64,000 nt of DNA from Clostridiales bacterium (lineage in GTDB: Bacteria > Bacillota > Clostridia > Christensenellales > UBA1242), in NCBI GenBank assembly GCA_015055535.1, contig SVIA01000003.1:16098-80097 (forward strand), read 5' to 3'. Shown piece after piece: positions 57,881-64,000 of this stretch. The translations under genes and the position numbers were made by a program. Position 1 is the stretch's first letter. The number at the start of each line of letters is the position of its first letter. A model generated the notes under the pieces. The model ran no database searches and was not told the DNA's origin. It worked only from the letters and a program-made list of their open reading frames with translations.

Positions 57881-57907
57881 AAAAAACAGCCTAAAACGGC
57901 TGTTTTA
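57881..57907 (-). terminator. Terminator copy 2 (identical to 58012-58038)
   Basis: On the minus strand, AAAACAGCC-GTTTTA-GGCTGTTTT followed by a T-run. The 27 nt are identical to the tRNA-Trp terminator. Confidence 0.75.
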
Positions 57908-57912
57908 CCTAA

Positions 57913-58011
57913 AGGCGAAGTAGGATTTATTCACGAACCCGCGAATTGTCGTGGGTATGCAATGGCATGCATAATTGCGAAGCAATATCGAGTCCAACAA
58001 GGCCAAGTATT
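57913..58011 (-). pseudogene. tRNA-Trp 3'-end-derived element (element C): three abutting hairpins, a degenerate T-arm and an acceptor 3' strand, no CCA
   Basis: The minus strand ends ...TCGCGGGTTCGTGAATAAATCCTACTTCGCCT-TTAGG. The last 13 nt are identical to the tRNA-Trp 3' end (58045-57). Hairpins at 57937-56, 57956-73 (TATGCA-N6-TGCATA) and 57974-86. Confidence 0.6.
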
Positions 58012-58038
58012 AAAAAACAGCCTAAAACGGCTGTTTTA
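58012..58038 (-). terminator. Rho-independent terminator after tRNA-Trp
   Basis: Same hairpin as 57881-57907. Confidence 0.8.
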
Positions 58039-58040
58039 CT

Positions 58041-58116
58041 TGGCAGGCGAAGTAGGACTCGAACCCACGACCAACGGTTTTGGAGACCGCGACTCTACCA
58101 ACTGAGCTATTCGCCT
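58041..58116 (-). tRNA. trnW: tRNA-Trp (anticodon CCA), CCA end encoded
   Basis: Minus strand AGGCGAA-TA-GCTC-AGTTGGTA-GAGT-C-GCGGT-CTCCAAA-ACCGT-TGGTC-GTGGG-TTCGAGT-CCTAC-TTCGCCT-G-CCA folds by hand as a 76-nt cloverleaf. Confidence 0.9.
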
Positions 58117-58142
58117 TTATTTTAATTATCAATTTTAATTTT

Positions 58143-58293
58143 GCTCAGTTAGTAGACCCAAGGTCTTCCTCTTGTTTTAATGTCGCATTGCGTCAAAACA
58201 AGTTTTCCTAATGCTCGTTAAAGCAAGAACTTTCGTGTTCGCTTATTCGTCCACAGGACGTGCTCCACTTTGTTCCAACTGAGCTATTCGCCT
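58143..58293 (-). ncRNA. tRNA-Trp 5'-end-derived structured element (element A), ~150 nt, co-transcribed upstream of tRNA-Trp
   Basis: Starts with 19 nt identical to the tRNA-Trp 5' end (24 nt including the AATAA flank). Closing helix GCTCAGTT / AACTGAGC (58277-84 / 58143-50) encloses hairpins at 58248-60, 58171-202 and 58154-66. Confidence 0.5.
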
Positions 58294-58316
58294 TTATTAA
58301 AAATAAAAACATATTA

Positions 58317-58345
58317 ATTATATTTAAATTTATTTATTTTGTCAA
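58317..58345 (-). promoter_or_regulatory. Consensus sigma-A promoter for element A + tRNA-Trp
   Basis: Minus strand TTGACA (58345-40), 17 nt, TATAAT (58322-17). A second TTGACA lies 13 nt upstream (58358-53). Confidence 0.65.
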
Positions 58346-58446
58346 GTAATTGTGTCAAATAAATTTATTTATATAAAGTTTATAAAATATATATCGTGAA
58401 TGGTTTATAATTTGGTTTTTAGTAAATACTAAGTTTGGAGGATATT

Positions 58447-58662
58447 ATGAAAAAAGAAATAACAACTAAAGACATAATGGCTTTAAACGAATTAATGACA
58501 TTTGAAAACTGGATTGCAACTAAAATGTATATGTTTTATGAAAATGAAACAGATAGAAGTTTAAAGAATATGTTTAAAGAAATGGCAGTAAAACATTTAG
58601 ATAGCCATACAAAATTATTGAATTATTTAGAAACTAATGCTAAAGAAGGGGGTAAAAAATAA
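58447..58662 (+). CDS. Small helical protein, spore coat F-like partner
   Basis: ATG 58447 after GGAGGA, ~71 aa, overlaps the start of the downstream Coat F-like gene. Confidence 0.45.
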   Translation: MKKEITTKDIMALNELMTFENWIATKMYMFYENETDRSLKNMFKEMAVKHLDSHTKLLNYLETNAKEGGKK

Positions 58663-58946
58663 TGGAATTAACACAGCAAGAAATTTTACAAGACGCATTA
58701 ATAGCTGAAAAATATATAATGCATATGTATTGCCAATTTGGTTTAGAGTGTTCAAATCAGAGTTTAAGAGATTTATTTAGTGAACTTCATAGCGTTGCAT
58801 CTAAACACGATTTAAAACTTTTTAAAGTTATGAATGAAAAAGGCTTTTACCCTAAAACTGAAGCGCCAGTTAAAGATGTAAAACAAGCAATTAAAATGCA
58901 TACAGAAATGCAAACTAAATTAGAGAATAAAGTAATAAAAAAATAA
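58662..58946 (+). CDS. Coat F domain spore coat protein
   Basis: LTQQEILQDALIAEKYIMHMYCQFGLECSNQSLRDLF fits the CotF-family four-helix pattern. Confidence 0.6.
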   Translation: MELTQQEILQDALIAEKYIMHMYCQFGLECSNQSLRDLFSELHSVASKHDLKLFKVMNEKGFYPKTEAPVKDVKQAIKMHTEMQTKLENKVIKK

Positions 58947-58950
58947 AAAT

Positions 58951-58981
58951 AAAAGACATTCAATTATAGAATGTCTTTTTA
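58951..58981. terminator. Terminator between the convergent cotF-like and rnhA genes
   Basis: AAAGACATTC-AATTATA-GAATGTCTTT with flanking A- and T-runs. Confidence 0.7.
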
Positions 58982-59011
58982 TATTAAAAGTAATAATCAA
59001 ATATTAGTAGT

Positions 59012-59806
59012 TTATATAACAGGCTTATGCATTTTTATTTCATCGGTTGCAAGTTTGTCGCAAAGGTTATTATAGTAATTATCGGTATGTCCTTTTACTT
59101 TAACCCAGTTTACTGTTTTGTGTAAAGATATTAAATCTATAAGTTCTAACCAAAATTCTTTATTGGCAACCTCTTTTTTTTGTGAGTTTTTAAAGCCGTT
59201 TAATTGCCAAGTATTAATCCATCCTTGAGTGAAAGCACTATGAACATATGCACTATCAGTATAAATTGTAAGACAACAAGGTTTTTTAATAGCTTTTATC
59301 CCCTCTATTACAGCTGTTAATTCCATTTGATTGTTTGTTGTACTTTCATTATAACCACTCATTTCTTTATATTTTTCTTTTTCTTTACATAATAATACAT
59401 ACCCCCAACCGCCAGGACCAGGATTTCCACTGCAAGCTCCATCAGTATATAAGTCTATATTTAAAAATTCAGACATTAAAGTGATTTTTATTGCTAAAAC
59501 ACCATATTTTTCTTGTTCTGCTTGGTTGTAATATTTTTCCATATCTAATGGGTCAGCGCTTTCATTTTCTTTATAACCAAGTTCAATTTTATTAAAACTT
59601 TCATAAAGTTTTTTAAAACTATCAAATTTTATTAAATCTACAACTTTTACAAATATACGTTCGTTAGTTGTACGATTTATAAATATAATACTATCATTAA
59701 CTTTAATTAATTGTCTTTTTTCATCAAAAAGGCGCATTTCAACAGTTTTAATTCCATTTTTAATGCTTATAAATGGATCATTATTTAATCTTAATATATG
59801 TATCAT
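59012..59806 (-). CDS. rnhA: ASCH domain - RNase HI fusion protein
   Basis: N-terminal ~105 aa has an ASCH pattern (KTVEMRLFDEKRQLIKVND...YGVLAIKI). The C-terminus is RNase HI (YTDGACSGNPGPGGWG, NNQMELTA, IYTDSAY, GHTDN..N..CDKLA). Confidence 0.8.
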   Translation of the reverse strand: MIHILRLNNDPFISIKNGIKTVEMRLFDEKRQLIKVNDSIIFINRTTNERIFVKVVDLIKFDSFKKLYESFNKIELGYKENESADPLDMEKYYNQAEQEKYGVLAIKITLMSEFLNIDLYTDGACSGNPGPGGWGYVLLCKEKEKYKEMSGYNESTTNNQMELTAVIEGIKAIKKPCCLTIYTDSAYVHSAFTQGWINTWQLNGFKNSQKKEVANKEFWLELIDLISLHKTVNWVKVKGHTDNYYNNLCDKLATDEIKMHKPVI

Positions 59807-59992
59807 ACTTAAATAATAAAATAATAAAGATTATTTGTCAAGCGTAAGTGAAGTTTAGTTAAATAAAAAAAAGATGCTAAAAGCACCTTTAATTATATAA
59901 AATAATTTTTAAACATATATATTATATCATAACACAAAACAATAAGTCAAACAAAAATTAAAAGTTTTTAAAATTTATTAATTAAAATTTAA

Positions 59993-60023
59993 TAAAAAAG
60001 ACTACAAAATTTTGTAGTCTTTA
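59993..60023 (-). terminator. Terminator after rny
   Basis: Palindrome AAAGACTACAAAATTTTGTAGTCTTT followed by a T-run on the minus strand. Confidence 0.7.
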
Positions 60024-60028
60024 AAAAT

Positions 60029-61630
60029 TTATTTTGCATATTCAATTGCACGATTTTCTCTAATTACGTTAACTTTAATTTGACCAGGATATTCCATTTC
60101 CTCTTCAATCTTTTTAGCAATATCTTTAGCAAGGAACATAGCTTCATCATCAGTAATTTCTTCTGGTTTAACAATAACTCTAACTTCTCTACCGGCGCTT
60201 ATAGCATATGATTTATCTACACCTTTAAAACTATCTGCAATTGTTTCTAATTGTTCTAGTCTTTTAATGTAGTTTTCAATACTTTCTCTTCTTGCTCCTG
60301 GTCTAGATGAACTTATAGCATCTGCTGCTTGCACCAAAACTGCTTCAATACACTTAAATTCAACATCACCATGGTGTGCTTCTATACAATTTATAACATT
60401 TTCATTTTCTTTATATTTTCTAGCCAAATTTACACCAATTGATACGTGTGTACCTTCTGTTTCGTGGTCAATTGCTTTACCTAAATCGTGAAGTAAGCCG
60501 CCTCTTTTAGCAAGCTTAATATCAGCACCGATTTCTGCTGCTAATAGCCCTGCTATATAGCAAACTTCTTGACTATGTTTTAATACATTTTGGCCATAAC
60601 TTGTACGATATTTTAATCTTCCAAGTGTTTTTACAATTTCAGGATGAAGACCATTTACATCTGCTTCAAAAACAGCGTTTTCTCCAGCTTCTTTAATAGT
60701 TTGGTCTATATCTCTCTTAACTTTTTCTACAACTTCTTCAATTCTTGTTGGATGAATTCTGCCATCCATCATTAATTTTTCTAAAGATAATCTAGCAACT
60801 TCTCTTCTAACTGGATCAAAACCAGAAAGAACAATGTTTTCAGGAGTATCGTCAATAATTAAATCAACACCTGTTGCGTTTTCTAATGCTTTTATGTTTC
60901 TTCCTTCTCTACCAATAATTCTTCCTTTAATTTCTTCATTAGGTAGTGTTACAGAAGTAACAGTAACTTCGCTTGTATGATCTGCTGCACATCTTTGAAT
61001 AGCCATAGCAATTAAATTTTGTGCTTTTTTATTAGCAGTTTCTTTTGCTTCTTCTTCAATATCTCTAACTGTTTTAGCAGCAGATTTTTTAGCTTCTTCA
61101 GTTAAAGAATTGATAAGCATATTTTTTGCTTCTTCTTTGCTTAAATTAGAAACTTTTTCTAATTCTTTAGTAATACTTAATTTGCTTAATTCTAATTCTT
61201 TTTTAGTAACATCTAAATCTTTAAGTTTTTCTTCAATTTCTTTTTTACCTTGTTCTAAATTTTCTGATTTTATATCTAATTGTTCTTCTTTTTTATTTAA
61301 GAATTCTTCTTTTGCATAGATTTTCTCTTCTAATTTTTGAACTTCAAGTCTTCTTTCTCTAACCTCTTGGTCGGTTTCGGTTTTTAATCTGTGTGTTTCT
61401 TCTTTAGCTTCAAGTATTGCTTCTTTGCTTATATTTTTAGCTTCGCTATAAGCGTTTTCGATAATTTTGCTAGCAGTGGATTTTGCTTTTTTAAGTTTTG
61501 ATTCTAGCACTATTTTCATTAAAATAGCACCAGATGTAATACCAGCAGCAAGACCAATGCCAAGCCATGCTAAAATTGGGCCAATGCCTACACTAAAGAT
61601 AGAAGCAGACAGAATAGATATATTAACCAT
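60029..61630 (-). CDS. rny: Ribonuclease Y
   Basis: N-terminal TM helix, coiled coil, KH ([15 protein letters not shown]), HD domain (LLHDLGKA). Confidence 0.96.
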   Translation of the reverse strand: MVNISILSASIFSVGIGPILAWLGIGLAAGITSGAILMKIVLESKLKKAKSTASKIIENAYSEAKNISKEAILEAKEETHRLKTETDQEVRERRLEVQKLEEKIYAKEEFLNKKEEQLDIKSENLEQGKKEIEEKLKDLDVTKKELELSKLSITKELEKVSNLSKEEAKNMLINSLTEEAKKSAAKTVRDIEEEAKETANKKAQNLIAMAIQRCAADHTSEVTVTSVTLPNEEIKGRIIGREGRNIKALENATGVDLIIDDTPENIVLSGFDPVRREVARLSLEKLMMDGRIHPTRIEEVVEKVKRDIDQTIKEAGENAVFEADVNGLHPEIVKTLGRLKYRTSYGQNVLKHSQEVCYIAGLLAAEIGADIKLAKRGGLLHDLGKAIDHETEGTHVSIGVNLARKYKENENVINCIEAHHGDVEFKCIEAVLVQAADAISSSRPGARRESIENYIKRLEQLETIADSFKGVDKSYAISAGREVRVIVKPEEITDDEAMFLAKDIAKKIEEEMEYPGQIKVNVIRENRAIEYAK

Positions 61631-61751
61631 TATTCTATCTCTCCTTTAATAAATTTATATACAAACAAACTAATTGTAAAATTCATATATAATTTATAGT
61701 AATAAAATATAAAAAAAAAGTCAATTAATTTTAATCAACTTTTTTTCAATA

Positions 61752-62786
61752 TTAAATTTTTATTAATTTATATACTTTAGCTTTTTTGCCATTAACTAAA
61801 ATATTGTATTTATTTACTATGTTAAACAACTTAAAGTCTTTTAAAGATTGTTCAAATTCACCAGTGCTATTTCCCATTAAAATAACAGCAATTCCACCAA
61901 TAGATAATATTCTATAGAATTCTTTTAACATGTTGAAATAAAACAATTTGTAATTTTCATCAGTTTTATTATATTCATTCCAAGGCGGATCGGTTATTAT
62001 TTTATTAATAAAACCATCATTAAAATAATCTAAATTCAATGCATTTCTAGTCTTAATAAATAAATTTTTATTATTTTTCTTATACTCATTTTTAAGTTTT
62101 TGAATTTTTTCTTCATTGTTATCACTTAAAAATATCATATTATATTTAAAATATTTTAAAATTTGTCTAGAAATTGCTGCGGTTCCACAAAAAGGATCCA
62201 TTATAATATCTGTTGATTTTATTTCAGTTAAATACGAAAGAAAATACGCCAATTCTGGCCTTAAACTTCCCTTTTGAAGTGTTTTTTCAGTCACTCTATT
62301 ATATGTTAGTTTTAACATAAACAAAATTAAACCATTATCTCTTTTATTAAATATAAAATCTAAATCGTGCTGTTTTATTCCTATATTTAATTTTAATTCT
62401 TTTTTAATTTTATCTTCAATTGGTTTTACAAAATTGTAGTCAATAGATGTTGGTTTGTTTCTATCTGTTGCAATAATTTTAAAGGTTTTATATTTGTTTA
62501 AATTTAAATTTTCTTTTATATTTTGAAAGTTAAGTTTTAAATTTAATATACATTGTTTTAAAGAAGTGTTAAAGCTGTCACTTTTATCGGTTTTTAAAAG
62601 GCCTAGTAATAAATAAGAATTATTAAAAAATGGTAATTTTTTTACACACTCTTTATTATTTGTCTCATAAATTATAAGACCATCATAATGCTCAATTATT
62701 TTGGCATCATTAACAAATTTTGGTAATAATTCAACTATAACATCTTTAAATCCGTTGATATAAGTTGATACATAAGTATATTTCAT
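61752..62786 (-). CDS. Class I SAM-dependent methyltransferase with a DPPW motif and a THUMP-like N-terminal region
   Basis: MDPFCGTAAI (SAM motif I) and IITDPPWNEY (motif IV). Confidence 0.6.
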   Translation of the reverse strand: MKYTYVSTYINGFKDVIVELLPKFVNDAKIIEHYDGLIIYETNNKECVKKLPFFNNSYLLLGLLKTDKSDSFNTSLKQCILNLKLNFQNIKENLNLNKYKTFKIIATDRNKPTSIDYNFVKPIEDKIKKELKLNIGIKQHDLDFIFNKRDNGLILFMLKLTYNRVTEKTLQKGSLRPELAYFLSYLTEIKSTDIIMDPFCGTAAISRQILKYFKYNMIFLSDNNEEKIQKLKNEYKKNNKNLFIKTRNALNLDYFNDGFINKIITDPPWNEYNKTDENYKLFYFNMLKEFYRILSIGGIAVILMGNSTGEFEQSLKDFKLFNIVNKYNILVNGKKAKVYKLIKI

Positions 62787-63940
62787 TAAACTTCTACTAC
62801 CTCTAAATTTTTAATTGCATCATTAATTAATTCTTCTATATTCAATTTGCTTTCTTCTAACAAAACTTTGTCTATCTTAGGTTTTATTACTGGATTTTTA
62901 GGTAAAAATACTGTACAACAATCTTCGAAAGGTAAAATTGAAGTTTCATAAGTATTAATTTTATGGGCAATTTCAATTGTTTCGTCTTTATCGAAAGCAA
63001 TAAGTGGTCGTAAAACTGGAATTTTTTCTAAAACTAAATTTGTACTTGTTAAACTTTCTATCGTTTGACTCGCAACTTGTCCTAAACACTCGCCAGTAAT
63101 TATTGTTTTATACTCATATTTTTCACATAATCTTTCTGCTATTCTCATCATAATTCTACGCATTAAAGTAATCATAAAATCACCATCACAGTTTTTGTGA
63201 ATTTCTTCTTGTATTTTTGTAAAAGATACTACAAATAATTTTTTTAAATGAGTATAAGGTTTAATTAATTTTGCAAGTTTAATTACTTTATTTTTTGCGT
63301 TTTCGCTAGTATATGGAAAACTGTGAAAGTGTAATCCATCTACAATCATACCTCTTTGAGCGATTTTATAGCCAGCAACAGGGCTATCTAAGCCTCCAGA
63401 TAATAAAAGTAATCCTTTTCCAGCGCTACCAACAGGCATGCCGTTTAAAGCTTTTATATTTTTTGTAAAAATATAAGTTTTTCCAGTTTCTCTAATATCT
63501 ATAGAGATTTCATTTTTATAATTATGTAAATCTACCGTTAAATTTTCATTATTTTCAAATATAATTGAACCGATTTGCTTAGAAAATTCGGTAGAATTTA
63601 TAGGAAAACTTTTATCTGCTCTATTAACGCTTACTCTAAAAGTTGTATTGCTTAATTTAAAGTTTTTAAAATAATTTTCGATATTTTCTACACTTGTTTC
63701 AATTTCATCGGCTACACTTAAAGAGTGTATTCCAAAAACTGTTAATAATAAACTTAAAATTTCGTTAAGTTTTTCTTCTTCAAAATCTGTGACTAAATAT
63801 CTTGTATGTGAAAAAGAGATATTACAAGTAATATCTTTTAAAGCTTCTTTAATATTTGTTAGTAATAATTTTTCAAAAAAACGTTTATTGTTTCCTTTTA
63901 AATGTATTTCTGAATATCTAATTAATATAACTTTTTTCAT
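62786..63940 (-). CDS. thiI: tRNA 4-thiouridine synthase ThiI
   Basis: THUMP region, PP-loop LLLSGGLDSPVA. Confidence 0.92.
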   Translation of the reverse strand: MKKVILIRYSEIHLKGNNKRFFEKLLLTNIKEALKDITCNISFSHTRYLVTDFEEEKLNEILSLLLTVFGIHSLSVADEIETSVENIENYFKNFKLSNTTFRVSVNRADKSFPINSTEFSKQIGSIIFENNENLTVDLHNYKNEISIDIRETGKTYIFTKNIKALNGMPVGSAGKGLLLLSGGLDSPVAGYKIAQRGMIVDGLHFHSFPYTSENAKNKVIKLAKLIKPYTHLKKLFVVSFTKIQEEIHKNCDGDFMITLMRRIMMRIAERLCEKYEYKTIITGECLGQVASQTIESLTSTNLVLEKIPVLRPLIAFDKDETIEIAHKINTYETSILPFEDCCTVFLPKNPVIKPKIDKVLLEESKLNIEELINDAIKNLEVVEV

Positions 63941-63948
63941 ATTATTTC

Positions 63949-64000
63949 CTACTTTAGTTTTTCTCTTAAATTTTCAACTACTTCTTTAAGTGCGTTTATA
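63949..64000 (-). CDS. C-terminal end of an upstream gene (5' part outside the window); possibly a cysteine desulfurase, by the frequent iscS-thiI pairing
   Basis: Minus-strand frame reads ...INALKEVVENLREKLK, then TAG at 63951-63949. Confidence 0.25.
   Translation of the reverse strand, partial: INALKEVVENLREKLK

Noticed and set aside
57913-58293. The outer tRNA-like 5' and 3' ends span ~380 nt, about tmRNA size, so I considered a tmRNA (ssrA)
   Set aside because: The acceptor stem is that of tRNA-Trp (G3-C70, not the G3:U70 alanine identity). The 3' end lacks CCA. I could find no tag-peptide reading frame ending in an Ala-Ala stop. An intact tRNA and a terminator sit in the middle.
1-64000. 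Screen for CRISPR arrays, rRNA, IS elements or transposases, prophage blocks, and toxin-antitoxin or known defence-system gene sets
   Set aside because: None were recognised. There are no spaced direct-repeat arrays and no transposase, terminase or capsid-like ORFs. The only recombinase is the Xer-like gene at 46687-47739.

Overview
This window is 64 kb of chromosome from a very AT-rich, endospore-forming Firmicute that looks Clostridia-like. It uses the standard genetic code. I found no rRNA, CRISPR array, IS element or transposase. Most of it is densely packed housekeeping genes in three ancestral Bacillus-type synteny blocks. Block 1 is comM-dprA-topA-trmFO-hslVU. Block 2 is rpsB-tsf...frr-uppS-cdsA-rseP...rimP-nusA-ylxR-infB-rbfA-nrnA-truB. 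Block 3 is efp-spoIIIAA..AH-asp23-nusB-xseAB...argR-recN-spoIVB-spo0A. A more accessory right-hand part follows: dac, a tyrosine recombinase, serS, an unknown protein, ygjP, padR-ABC, a UDP-sugar pyrophosphorylase, a GNAT, tRNA-Trp, cotF-like genes, rnhA fusion, rny and thiI. Many canonical members of these blocks are missing (pyrH, dxr, proS, full-length polC, ylxQ, ribF, rpsO, pnp, accBC, folD, ispA, dxs, codV, codY), which suggests a reduced genome.

Main observations:
1. A ~510-nt, ORF-free, G+C-enriched structured RNA with its own consensus promoter lies between xseB and a small 4-TM protein (39034-39545). This is the slot occupied by OLE RNA and OapA in other anaerobic Firmicutes, but this RNA is shorter and the flanking ispA and dxs are absent.
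2. The tRNA-Trp locus has an intact tRNA flanked by a 5' fragment and a 3' fragment of itself. Each fragment is fused to multi-hairpin sequence, and the terminator is duplicated.
3. A perfect 28-bp palindrome (11+6+11 geometry) occurs twice, once inside the spoIIIA operon and once about 60 bp upstream of a 350-aa tyrosine recombinase. Related TACTATGCA half-sites form a 12-N6-12 inverted repeat abutting the -35 of a membrane-anchored PadR gene.
4. A 504-aa protein sits in the polC slot and has the PolC N-terminal, OB and exonuclease portions but no PHP or polymerase part.
5. The Spo0A homologue has a conserved DNA-binding domain, but its receiver lacks the N-terminal acidic pair.

All calls come from reading the sequence and the supplied translations. 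No database search was run.
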